Origin: Azolla caroliniana
Lineage: Eukaryota; Plantae; Polypodiophyta
NCBI GenBank assembly: GCA_043228905.1
Contig: JBHGNT010000020.1
Coordinates: 7,998,001 to 8,062,000, forward strand
DNA: 64,000 bases
Reading direction: 5' to 3'
Below are positions 12,401 to 25,700 of this stretch, piece after piece. Both the position numbers and the translations under genes were made by a program. Every line of letters begins with the position of its first letter. Within the stretch, counting starts at the first letter, position 1. Under the pieces are notes generated by a model, which saw only the letters and a program-made list of their open reading frames with translations, had not been told where the DNA came from and ran no database searches.

Positions 12401-14008
12401 AATATCATCTGATATACCTTCAACCTTAAGTATTAAATAAATCAAGCCAATTGCCATATTACGAGGCATGTACCTAGTGTCCAAAATTTTTTGATAAGCT
12501 TTTGTTAAGTCTTCCCTAATATATTCCCAATATTTGAGGAAAAAATGTGGAGTAGTTCCATCCTCCCTTGGACAAGACATAAGACTTAAAACTCTAAGTG
12601 CATTATGTATTTCCATAATGTCAAAGGGCTTAAGTAATGGAACCTTCATTTCATTTGTGACTTTAGGCTTAATTTTGTCCCACGCACATTTCCTACTTGT
12701 GTGAACAGATTCGGTAGCAACTCCACCGGACAACAATTTAGCATAACAAGTAGTAGCAATTTGTACAATTTCTGACTCATCTTCTGTTAAGGAGCCATCT
12801 TCTCTCCTAAGTTGTTTAATCCCTACTACCGACCATTATGGTGCAACTTGGGGAAAAAACATCTTGTTTACTCTGTCGCCTACTTGTGTCCATTTTGAAG
12901 CAGAAGCTTCATATTGAAATTGTAAAATATTGTCCTCAATATTTTTTTAATTCCCATTTCGCATTATGTAAAGCATTTTCCGTCCATTCACACAATGGAT
13001 CCCTTTCTTGAAAATGTTGCAACGATGTCAAGGCACGATGTGTACAAATAATTTTCTATGTATATCTTTCCCTTTTCCCCTGTGCCCAAGAGATTAAGAA
13101 ACTACTAATATGTGATATTGTTAGGGCCACATTATCTTCCACATTTCCAATTTGCAATAAAGTTTGTCTCCATATATACATAACTTGTTCAGTAATTATG
13201 GATTATGTAAACAATTCCAGTGGAATCCTTATTCTCCATTGTTGCTTATGTTTTTTCCCATCATTAAGTTGTAATACAATTGGGGCATGATCGGAGAAAT
13301 TCGTACTTGGATACATGTCAACACTCCCTCCTATCTCCGCAAATAAATCATCAACATAAATCCTATCAATTCTTGATAGATTTGCCCCATCTAATCTTCT
13401 ATCAGACCTAGAAAACATTAAAGAATTATGCAATTTTCCAAAGGATGGTAAATGCCAAACATCCAACAACCTTCTACTTATAGTAATTTTTTCCCATGCG
13501 GATAATTCTAAACCATGCACTATTGCTCCACCTTCACCACTCCTATCCTCGGGATCCTCAATCATATAAAGTCTCTTGTTATACACCAATGATCTACAAC
13601 TGGCAATGAACTATCCAATTCAATCCACATCTTTAATTGTTCTCTAGAAGAATTAGGAGCATACAAATTCAGAAAGCCAACCTTTTTATTAGGAAATTTC
13701 ATGATAACATATTGTGCTCTTCCTAACAACAAATTTCCTACATCCAACAAATTGCCATATATCACGAATAGGCATACAGAATCCACCTTGAAGTTGTGGC
13801 CATATGCTGGAACCCACAACATTTCCCAGTTTCCAAGCAGTAATGAACCATAGACTTTAGTACAGCTTTCATTTAGATGATGTTCTTGTAACATCGCTAT
13901 GTCCACTTGCCCAATTATACATTTATGCAACCATTGCCGAAATCTCCATTTATATTTTTTTCATAAGGATCTCCTAAGACCCTGAACATTCCAAGAAATA
14001 ATCTTCAT
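9449..14008 (-). pseudogene. LINE ORF2 (endonuclease / reverse transcriptase / zf-RVT), disrupted
   Basis: MKIISWNVQG at 14008, LNLYAPN, SRIDRIY, FSDHAPI, WRPITLLN, LLDFEKAYD, RQGCPLAP, EFADD, YLGC, CPFC...ETAKHCLWSC. Confidence 0.9.
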
Positions 14009-14020
14009 ATTTACACAAAT

Positions 14021-15473
14021 TTAGACAATAATCTTTTTTTCTTTCAAACATCGATTCCTGTCTTCTTGAGACATATCTTGATACTTAATCATTCTTCTAA
14101 AAGAGATGTGATCTTTACTAAATGCATTAGTCTGCTTATGTACTCTCTGAGTGGAAATCTTACTATCACTTCCTTGAAAATGTTCAACTAATGATTTCGT
14201 GGAAGTTCTCCAATCATTAGCATCCTTCATGAAAGGATTATGATCCTTCAACAAATGCTTGGACATGGATCTTGTCCACCTCCCTTCAAACGAAGGCAAG
14301 GTTCCAATGTTAACTACCCGATTTTTAGTTTGTAGTTCCCCTACAATCTCTTGTCCATTCATTGTTTCCGATACATTAATCGGAATGATAGCATTCTCAG
14401 CATATAAAACCATTTCACAACTACATCCTTCTTGATGTTCTTTATTATATACTTGAATGTCAAGTTTAGGATCATCTGGTCTTGATTGTATTCCATCCAC
14501 AATCTCCTTGCCAGGACACCTATTGCTAGGTACTTCCATATTTCCCAAATCTTCAATCATTTGAGTTTGTCCATCTTCTACGTTGGTTAACAAATTGTAT
14601 ATATTATCCTTAGGTTGCCATTTGAATTTATCATGACTTGTTTTTTTTATCATGTGTCTTTTGGCAACTTGAACCCAAGAGCCGCCAACACTTGTTTGTG
14701 GCTCATCATTTACAACATGTATTCACCCTTTCCTTGACAAGGAGCATTCATTAGCTAAATGTCCCATTCTTTTACATAAATAACATTGATTTGGTAACCC
14801 AGCATATAAAATTTTGTCTCTTTCCACATCCCCCATTTTCCAAACAAGGTAATTTCACATATTCCGGCAATGGTTTTCCTCTAGTACATAATAATTTAAC
14901 TGTTGGTATTCCAAATATTTGTCCGTCTTTGTTATGTATATAGGCATCTAATACTGTAACTCCAATTAAACCCCTTGATTGATGCAACAGATGATGACAT
15001 TCCTTGGGCAATCCCAGAAAACTCGCAGTTAGAACCAAAAAATCATGTTGGGTCTCTCTCATAGGGTCAAAACCATGTTTCCATTCTTGAAATTTAACCC
15101 ATGCTCCTCGTATATCAACAAATTTCATAGCAAGTAATACCCGGACAAATGCCTCATCTTGAAACTCGGCATCATAACAGCCTCTTCCTAGAAATTGCAC
15201 ATCTTCAATACGGCCAATTTCAGCCTGCAATCAAGCCTGTAGCAAGTGCCTCAACTCTTGACGATTTGGCCGGAGACCTAAAACTTGTATGATTAGAGAA
15301 ATTTGTTGCAATAGGTGGATCTCTTCTCTCATCTCTACTTGTTCTTGTTCTGATAGTTGAAGCTCGACCATCAGCCCCGCAACAGGTTGAAAATCGGGAA
15401 GCGATTCACGGGATCCTCCCATTGTCGTAGCTGCCTGGGCCTTTGTCATTTTCTCAGCCAACACAGTAGCCAA
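14021..15473 (-). pseudogene. LINE ORF1 (DUF4283-like plus zinc knuckle), disrupted
   Basis: ORFs 15231-15473, 14772-15230, 14021-14653; GLPNQCYLCKRMGHLANEC knuckle at ~14740-14800. Confidence 0.8.
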
Positions 15474-16730
15474 TTCACCTCAATCTTTGTGCATTAACTA
15501 CATAAACGGGAATTCCCACAATGAGATGTACAAAGAAGTTAGAAAAGTCTTCTCACACAGCATCATATCCTCCCTGGCTTAGGTCCCGTTCAAGAGTAGC
15601 ACACACATGTGCATTTAACACAACACGAAAATTTTGGGGTGACTTACCTCTTTTACATTGGGGTGGGCAATCACCCTAAAACTGAATAGCACATTTCGTT
15701 CTATTTATGTCTTCATGTGTCATGCTACGTCAAGGATGTGCTTAACACTAAGTTTATTTTTAGTATTTTTAAAGAAATGTGAAACACATCTAACAACAAA
15801 AGCATTTAGAAGTTTTTTCAATGTTTCCATTACCTTCTTATATTTAGAAGCTTCAATGTATATTTGACAAATTTGGTTATTCATGGCTTATTTTTCCCTT
15901 TATGATTATCCAACATCTATTAAGATCTCAATCGAGAATATATGTTCATTCACTTTAATCTTGTGATAGTTGTCGATTTCTATTACCTCATTTATTTAAT
16001 ATACTTGACATTCCTATCTTCCATTTCATGTGATAGATTTACATACTCCATTGATGTGCATCCAACATTTTAATTTGAAACTTCAAATTGGTCGTCTACC
16101 ATTGCACATTGACAGCTATATATCTCACAAATATTACACCAGTTCATGTCTCAAATCAATAATATATATATCCACGAGCAAGAGCAAAAATACTTTAAAA
16201 ACCTTGAAGGTAAGCTCTAAATTTCAGAAATAAAGAGAGCAATAGAATGTTTGATTTACACTTGTAAGCTAAAGAGAAGACAAAGATGAAAACTCAAGTA
16301 AACCTGCACTCCATCCACCATACAATAATTTGGATACACGAGTTCCATGGATTTCTAAAAATATTACATTTTGAACCTTTCGCCATACCAATCATACAAT
16401 TATTATGTATGTCAGTGGAGTCAATGGATCCACTACTGACTTGAAGTTCTACCATTATCTCTACAATACATTTGGCCCAGAGGTGATTTATAAAATACAC
16501 ATTTTAAATAAAGAATGTTATTTATACACATTGGAGACCTTTGAAAGCTGGTTCCATGCCTCTTGTTGAACTGAGAAATAACAGAGTCAAGAGTGTTATG
16601 TACTAAAGGGAAACAAACAATCTGAAACCAGTCTTTCACAGCCCAGCTGTTTAGGAAGATTTATGGATCTGCTAAGAAGTTGTGAACACGTCTAATGAGG
16701 TTATTTATTTACTTATCATGATTATAGTTG

Positions 16731-19700
16731 TCAGGTGTGTTGTTTAAACATATTATCAATCTCCGATTTGTACTTGTCTGCAATAGTATTTCGCCGCATT
16801 TTCATGGTGGGTGTCAGCAATCCACTCTCAATCTACAAAAACAAACAAAATTATTTTCAGAAACTAGCTCAAATGAAGTTGTCTATCTACTTTTAACACG
16901 GTGATATTCTAAAAAATTTATGTAAAAGATGGCAAAGCTGTGACTGGTCCAATAGTTTGTGTTTACTACATTCTTACATTTATTTATGAAAGGCTGTATG
17001 TTTTACATACTGATTGAACATGGTCAAAAGCTTCAACCTAGCACAAACTATTTGGATCCTTACACGAGGGTAAAGCTCTAATAGTTGCAAAGTGCTATGT
17101 GAGAGGTAGATAATAAAAAAATACCCTTCACTCGAGATTGAAAATTATAATGCATGTTAGAAGGAAAACGAGATGTATATGATAGTCTCTACGAGAGTTT
17201 AAATGGCTTATGACACCCTAGAAAGGATATATCACATTTGCTCTATGATATCATGGATATATGAAAGTCTAAATAAAATTACAATAAAATATCTCATGGA
17301 GTACATCAAATGTCAAGGTGAGATTTCAAAAAACAAACAATATGTATGAAAAGCCCAAGTAACAGGATATCAAGGCAGCTATATTATAACAACTGCCATA
17401 TTTGATGCCAATACAAACAAATAACCAACAAAAAATATATATATGTTTTATTTGAAGCTTACAGTTAATGGTTCAGCTAGTAGATAAATTGGACCAATTG
17501 AAGCTGCACATTTCGAGGTGCTGTAAAAGTAACGCAATGGATTGAGCCTTGATAAATATAAGTTGAAAACAGAAAACAGTATATGCTGAATTAAGGAGAC
17601 AATTACGAAAAATGAACAATACAGACTATTTTTTCAACTCTTGGCGGATGAAAGCTTCCGTTTTAGGTAAAAGGATGGATTCCAATTGTAGCTCTTCGTA
17701 GTTAGGTACTATTAATGCTCCAAGCCTCCGTTGATCCTGTACACATTCATTAGTATTGGTGCAACGACAATAAAAGTAATTATAAGTGTATGTTCATATC
17801 AAAATCCGATACTGAACAATGGAAATCTAATATTACAGTAGATAATGTAGGATCCATAAACAACTCTTTTCCAGATCCAAAATGGATGTTTTTCGCAAGC
17901 AAGCATTTTGCTCTGCCAGGAAATATTTAGGGGTCTCCATAACTAGCATGATTTATTGTCTAGTAGATGGAAATAGCTGCATGCATGTTTACCAATAAGA
18001 ATCCTTAGGTGGTAAGATGGTTGATCAGTACCTGGCCCACTAGCATGATTTGATGAATGTACCTACTTTGAATTGCAGCTTCCTCTATGTGTGTTGGATC
18101 AACATTCTCACCTGAACATAGATATACATATAGCCGAATTACTATGACTGAATTTCACAGCCATGATGCTTAACACTCTTGTAGATCTGTAATATAACCT
18201 TTCGTGATGGTGAAAACATGTAAACCTACACTGAGAACCACATCAACAGATCTTTCTCTGCCTTTCCGCACAATCCACTTCTAATGTGAAAAATAATTTA
18301 ATTTATATAAATACATATATTAAAAACACAAATACATGTATAATCTACCCTAAAACACAAGTCCACAGGCTAATATCGAAGCATCTTATTGCTCAGTACC
18401 GAAGAACAATTCAAGATGGAGATGCGGTATACTCATAGAAATATTTACTTTATGCAAATCTGTATTTTTGCTTCAGGTATGCATATAGAAATGAGTATTT
18501 TAAGTAAATTATGTATTTTTCTAAGCTTCAGGTATGCACATAGAAAAGTATATTTTATGTCAATTACATATTTTCCTAAACTTTGAAAGGCCAAACAGTA
18601 AGGTAAGAACCATTTGTAGCTTTGGTTCAAACTTTATTGAGATGAGACAAGTAGAGATCATTGCATTGAGCAGTGGAGACATGAAATTAGAAATATTTGT
18701 AATGTTCAACCAACCATTTGATAAGACAATTGTGTCCTTGGCACGCCCATCAAGCACTATAACCCCACCACAAGAACGTGCTGAACCAGTCTCCCAATAA
18801 GGTGCTATCCAGCCAAGGTCACCAGTATCAAACCAGCCACCCATGTCCACCACTTCAGTTGTTGCTTCTGGATCCTGAGCACACAAACATGATGTGTTCC
18901 TTACAAGAACCATATATAACAGAATGTTGAGTTTCTCAAAGATTGCAGTCTGCTTAAATATAACCTTGTAGTAGCCCTTCATTATCTGCGGCCCACGCAC
19001 TTTAACCAAGCCCCTGACTCCTGGCAAGACTTCTTCCCCAGAATCAGGATCAACAACTTTTATTTCTGTTTCAGGTAGGGATATACCAACTGACCCTAAA
19101 ACCTGCGGCATAAAAGTTTACTGCTACCCCCTGAGTAAAGAATCATGGGATAGCCAAACTTGAAACTTACTAAAATTTCATCTTTCTCTATTTGCCAAAT
19201 GTTGTTGCATATGTTTTAATCACTATGTCAGGACTTTCATGGCAGTTGGTCTGCAGTTGCAAGCATAGAATATTGTTCTAATATACATATAGAACACTAA
19301 GGTTTCATAGCTTCATGAAATTTAAGTCTTAACCCATACAAAGTATTTGGATAAACCAGCTCATTGACCAAAATATTAAGATATCAAATATGGAGCATGA
19401 AAATTGCTGAGTTTAAGCATTGAATTGCTAGATTGACAACAGATTGAGGATGAAATCGCTGAACCTAACAACAGGAATTGCTGAATTTGACCACTTCAGG
19501 CAAAGGTGAGAGCCGATGACTGAGAAATTATAAAGTCACAGTGTATGATCGTAGGAAACAGCTAACTTACTGAATAGGGAGTGCATTGGAATAATACAAC
19601 TACGATTTTGCACAATCCTTGCGAAAGATGTGGCAACGTTATCTGTTTAGAGAAATGCTCATTTGAGTGCACGTTGTCATACTCTTTTCTTTTCTGAAAC

Positions 19701-22700
19701 ATTTATTTAAGTGCTATGCAGGAATTTTGGGAGTAAGAAAGATGCATTTGTAATACATCCCGCATTCCCTGCATAAGAGGTGTACCCAAACCCCCTAAAA
19801 TTTGTTTCAACATGGAGGATTGAGAGATACTAGAAAATCCCATACGCCATTAAGTAAAATTGTCTTAAATTGTAAAATAAACTGCAATGCTGTATCAACA
19901 GCATAACAGAAGTTGTTTGGCAATATAAACTGGAAGTTACCAAGCAATGTGAACTAGAAGTTCAGGAACTTCATGGTCAAATTATCGAAGCTGTAAAGAG
20001 AATCTGACTAAGAATTAGTATTGAGCCCAGGTCTTTCGCTAAGAAAATTTTATGCAGTTGAATCATATAACCATCACAGAAAAATACAACCCAAAGACAT
20101 TAAAAATCCAGAATTAAAATAAGAAAAAATATACATTATTTGAAGGACGTCGAGCAGAAACAACTGGTGAGGTCTCAGTCAGCCCATAACCATTCAATAT
20201 CGTGATGTCAATTGCCTGTTAGAGAATAGATAAATAATCTTAATTCATTTATTATTCATTTGTAATGGCAATGGAAGCCAAAGAAAGACCAAAGGGGATG
20301 GTTTGACCTCAAAAAACTTATCAACATGGGACGGTAAGCTTCCTCCACCACTGATACCAATCTGAACTTCAATACAGTATTTTAAGCACCCAAACATTAA
20401 GATACAGCAGTATGATCACTATATGAAAATCAACAAAATATCATCTCCCGTTCTAAGGAGCTAATTTTACCTTTTTAATACCCAATGCTGCGTATATCTT
20501 CTTGTATACAAGAATTTTTGCCAACATATGAATGGGAAGCAAAATCAGAGACATTATTCGAGCAACAACCCACTCACAAGCAGAAAAGATGGCTGATGGC
20601 TTTATCTTTGCTTGAGCTAAGACTCTTCCCTGTACACGGGTAAACCAATGTACTTTCAATCCATGGACTCTTTTAACTCAATAGGGGAATCCAGGTGTAC
20701 ACAGTTATTCATAAAGTATGACCTCATATACTCGTTTCCAATCCTTGTACATCATACTGGCACTGATTAGTGTGATAGCAATGAATTTTCTCATTTTGTT
20801 AGCAGATAAAAGTTGCTTCTGAACTCCACTGTCGAAGTAAATTAGAATTTGATCAACCTTCCCGTATATTATAAGATCCAAACTTCAGGAAAATATGAAT
20901 CATTTCTATGAGTCCTATATACATTTGGGAATCCATGTCCATATAGGGGATTCAGATTTTAATATATTCCTCCTATGTTACATTCCATTGACATAGGATT
21001 TAGATTATATTTTCCATACTTCCCCCTTTTTCTACTCACTTTTGCGGCAATTGACATCATTATGACAGACCACTTTTCATGCAGACCATCTCACCATTAA
21101 CTAGTTTGCTCGTTGTGATTTCTGCCAGGCTAAGATACCTTTTGCTTCAGCCATGCACAAATGGCTCTTATGTAAAAGAAAGTACGTTTAAACATGTCAT
21201 TGATGTGAGAGAAGTTTGTAGTAAATCTACACTTAAGTTCATCTTCTACACAGTCCATATTTTTAAACAGGCCATTTAAATCACAGACAGGATCCATTAA
21301 TATATATGAAATGGGTTTCTGCCATCTGAAATTTTACCTGTATAAGGTCTCATACACCAGTGGCACTGACACGAAATAGTCAGGAGAATACTTCTTCAGA
21401 TCTTCCTGAAATATTTTTACAAGTAACACCATTTAGTGAAAATAGCTAAGTAATCCATGAGAAAAACGGAAGGCATAAGCCTCGTTTTAATATGTACACT
21501 GAAATGGAACTGGAAGAAACTACAACTTATAATCTGATTGCATGTTCCTCATGAACTATCAAAAACATAGAAACTAAATAGCTTTGTACAAAAACCTTCA
21601 GACTCTTCACATTGGTGTAAACTTGCTCAATCCCTTTAGCCAGGGAAAAATACTCAGAGGATCGCTCATACATGTGCCATGGTGGGAGCAAGCTGACAAA
21701 TCTGTCTCCTGGCTTCAGATCAATAACTGCTCCTAAATGCCAAATCTGCAAGCGAAAGAAGAGTCCTATCAAAAATTCCTTTTGGGCAGGTTATACCGGC
21801 ACTCTCACTAGCTCAATCACAAACCTGATGCAGAAGGTTAGCATGGGTGAGCATCACACCCTTGGGATTTCCAGTGGTTCCACTGGTATATACAAGTGTT
21901 GCTACATCATCTAGTTTTATGTGCTCACAGTGTATTGCAGCTGCAAAATTAAGTAATGGACATTAAAATACTGAGTATAACTTCCTTCGAGAGATGAGAC
22001 TGTGTTTCTCGGAAATTCCACATGTATTGCAGTTACTAATAAGTACATCCCCCTGGCTCATGTAAATTTATGTGCTCAAAATGTGTTGCAGCTGCAAAAT
22101 TAGGTAATGGGCATTATAAATACTGAGTACAGCTTCCTTAGTAGATGAGCCTGTGTTTTCATAATAAAATATTTCGAAATTCCACACTTATTGCAGTTCC
22201 TAATAAGCACATCCCCCTGGCTCATGTAGTTTTATGTGCTCACAATGTGTTGCAACTGCAAAATTAAGTCCTTGAAATAAATACTGAGTACAGCTTCCTT
22301 ATAGAGATGAGCCTGTGTTTTCATAATAAAATACTTCGCAATCCCACCCTTATTGCAGTTCATAATAAGCACATACCCCTGGCTTATAGAACAAGAATTA
22401 GAGCCCATGAGCCAATCCATGAGCGTGATATTCTTCATGTGAGGAAGGTTTCTTCATTTTCTGTAATCCTGTGGCCTCAAGCTCTTATTATAAATCCCAG
22501 CCAACCTCTCTCATTCATTGATCATAAATTAATGGCAATTTAAACATGACTACAAGGTTAGGAATCAAATGCAGAGCCAATAATGAGAAACGGCGCCATG
22601 AAAACAATGAATACCTATTTAAGTGAATTCTACAAATGGTATGTGCAGTTAGATTCTCATGGCTCAAAGAATTTTGACTGCATCCGAAGATGTCAAAAAC

Positions 22701-25700
22701 ATTTACAGCATTCTGCACCCAAGAACTGGTAAATTACCTGCATTGGCCACTAATTTTCTGCTCTCCTGCCCTTTTGTAATGACTTCACTGTAAGTATAGA
22801 AATCGACATCGAACCCTTCAGATCTTTGGATAGGGCTAGGCTTATCACCCCAAAGACTTATAACGAATTTCACTTTTGCGACTCCTTGAAGGTGAGGTAC
22901 CAACTTGATAAACAGATCATAGTTCTCAACAACAAGTGCAACACTACAAGAAAATGAATGATAAAACATATGTTAAAGAATTAGGCTTAATATCTGTACA
23001 CCTTATAAACCTTAATATTGGAAGACCTTTCTAAGTGATTGCAATCTTTATTTGCTTTTACCTGTCTGAATGCAAATATATGTGTGTAAGCTCCTCAAAG
23101 GAGGATTTCGTGCCACGAACAGCATCAATTGCTCCAAGAGCCATTATACCTTTGAATTAGGACATTTTATAAAAAAGATTTAACATAAAACTAAATTTCA
23201 ACAATTACAAAATGAGAAATAATTATTGCAGAAGCACCAGTTTTTAGACAATTGCTCACAATTAGAAATCAAGAATAAATTTCTAGAGTAATGTTATCAA
23301 CCATTGTTATTTCACAACAAGATTTCCATGCGTCCAATAATTAACAAAATGGACCCAAGGGATGTGTAATAAATACTCTTCATGATCACTGGCAATGTTA
23401 TTTATTACACAAGAGGGCACTATTAGTCCACATGCAGTTAGAGAGCACAACTTCCCTGCATAGGCGTCAATATGGATGACTTATTATTTCAATTGCTCCT
23501 TGCATCCTTGATAGAATCACCCATGTTTGAGAGAAGAATTCTTTTACAAAGATTAAATATTTAATATGTATCACTGGAAGAAACATACATAAAATGCATA
23601 TGTTGCACAGTTCATGCATGAAATTGTACTCCAATTATCTAGTGGCATGTTTCATTGTAGGCTTCGACTTAAGATTGTCAGAACGCACAGCAAGGTTTAT
23701 ATTTCAATAGTTGCACAATTCTATTGGTTTAACCTATGTTACTAGATACTCATTAAAATGTCGATCCACTCATTTGTTTATGTGGATACAATAGCTGCTT
23801 TTGATTCTTGATAGTCAATAATATTTAGATGATTATTATCTATGCTTTTCTCATCCTTTCTTGTTGCTACCTACTCTTTTGGGTTATAAGGGTGACATAA
23901 TTTTGAGTGAACTACGTAAAGGATCCATGCATACACATTATGCCATGTATTGAATTCTTTATCAACACAAATGCATTTTTGTACAAGGCTGCTTTAATAT
24001 CTCCCGGCAAGGAACTGTATCTGGATGTAGGCCTCCGTACATAGGGCTTCTACTTTTATTATGCCATAGTTGAACAAAACTGCTTTTCATCCCAAAGCGA
24101 AACGACAAAACAGAAATGCTGGTTTCTTCAAAACATACACATGATTCTTGAGTCTCGAGTCTTGATGCTTGATGCTTGATGCTTAGACAAAGGCAACTCG
24201 TCACTTGCAACCTTTACTCTTGAGTTTTGTTATGTAACCTCACTTTAGGTTTTGAATTTGATTTAAGACTCTTTAGTTGTGAAACTTATGATATGTTTTT
24301 GAATCTGAATTTTAACATATTAGAATTCAATCTTTTAGGAGGTCGCATGTCATCATTTCTAGACCCTCGCAAAATAATCCATTCTTTCTGTTTCTTCACT
24401 GTTTTCAAAACAATGGGAAACTATGCATTATGCATCTACCTGGGATCAATAAGACTTAGGATGGCTATATATAATTTCTATGGCTAAGTATCAATTCTAT
24501 GACATGATACTACAATTACATTCTCTCATTTGACGTCATATCCATGACAAACTACATCGGAAATCCTTCACTAAACAAAGAAATTGTATTTTAACGCTCG
24601 ATATAAATTCAAGCCAAGATTATGAAATTTTGGAATTGCAAAGACATAATTGCTTGCAAGTTTCAAAAGCTGCTACAGTTGAAAGAATTTCTTCACCTTA
24701 CAGAAACTGTTGCACATCTAATATCTCTCAATATTGTTTTAATTCCATGTCTACAAAGAAAATATGTCACAGCTCTATTGATATACTTGCCTTGATCTGC
24801 AACTAACCATCTACAGGAATTATCTGCAAATAGAGAAACTCTCTCATTCGGTAAAATCCCCAAGACCCTCAACCCTTCTGCGAACTCCAAAATTGCTTGT
24901 CGTAACTGCACCAGTGTATATAGAACATGTCATAAACCAATGATTATTGTCAGCCATCTTAAATTCATAAGCTCAATTTTTGGGAATCTCAGGATAGTTA
25001 TAAGCAAAAAACAGCATATGATGGAAAATAAAATGTGGCTAGATATCCTGACAACTATTTTATCCTAGAAAGCAAACAAAACAGATTATAAAATGCTGAG
25101 TAATTTTCACAACAAAGCTTCAACTTGAACCTAGTACCATGGTCACAACAGTGCGAAGCAAGCTTAACGACAAAGTATCAAGGGTGATCACAGAAATATT
25201 TAATTCTTTTATCAGTGCTGAGGTTTTCTCTTCTCATGTTTCAGTATATTTAAGACTAAGAGTGCCTGGAATGTCATTCCAATATGTGAATAAGTATCAG
25301 AGTTCTCAAATCTAAAGGATGTACATTAAGTCTACATACAGTGCTTTCATTTATTGGCAATATCAGATAGAGAGAGGAGCCACATCCATAGACATTGCAG
25401 CCCACAACAGTGATTCATCACCCATAAATGAATCAGTGCATGCAAAGGTAGCTTATATAATTACAGTTATCATAGACTGTACAAGCTACAGGTATACTTT
25501 TAAACGTCCAGAATAATCTCAGCTTACAAAGTATAGTCTGTTAGTCAGTTGATTTAGTAAGAGAAGGATGTATCTATCCAATTGACAGGTAGTGTATTAT
25601 GTAAGGACAGCTCCTTAACATACAAGACAGACATGATTTCTCATCATGCATCTACTTTTCATTAGGTTGATCACATATTCTTCATTGTACACATAGTAAT

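Larger units (their letters stand above)
9360..15590 (-). mobile_element. L1-clade LINE, near full length, degenerate
   Basis: ORF1 plus ORF2 (APE endonuclease, RT, zf-RVT) in correct order; short A-tail (T8 at 9360-9367 on +); 5' boundary approximate. Confidence 0.9.

Noticed and set aside
9340-15603. Possible LINE TSD AAGAGTA(A/G)CACA at 9340 and 15592
   Set aside because: The left copy is 8 nt away from the tail and the match does not extend; not reliable
18420-18585. ~55-bp degenerate repeats in intron 14 (similar small duplications at 26770-27000 and 27772-27880)
   Set aside because: Ordinary local duplications that do not touch splice sites
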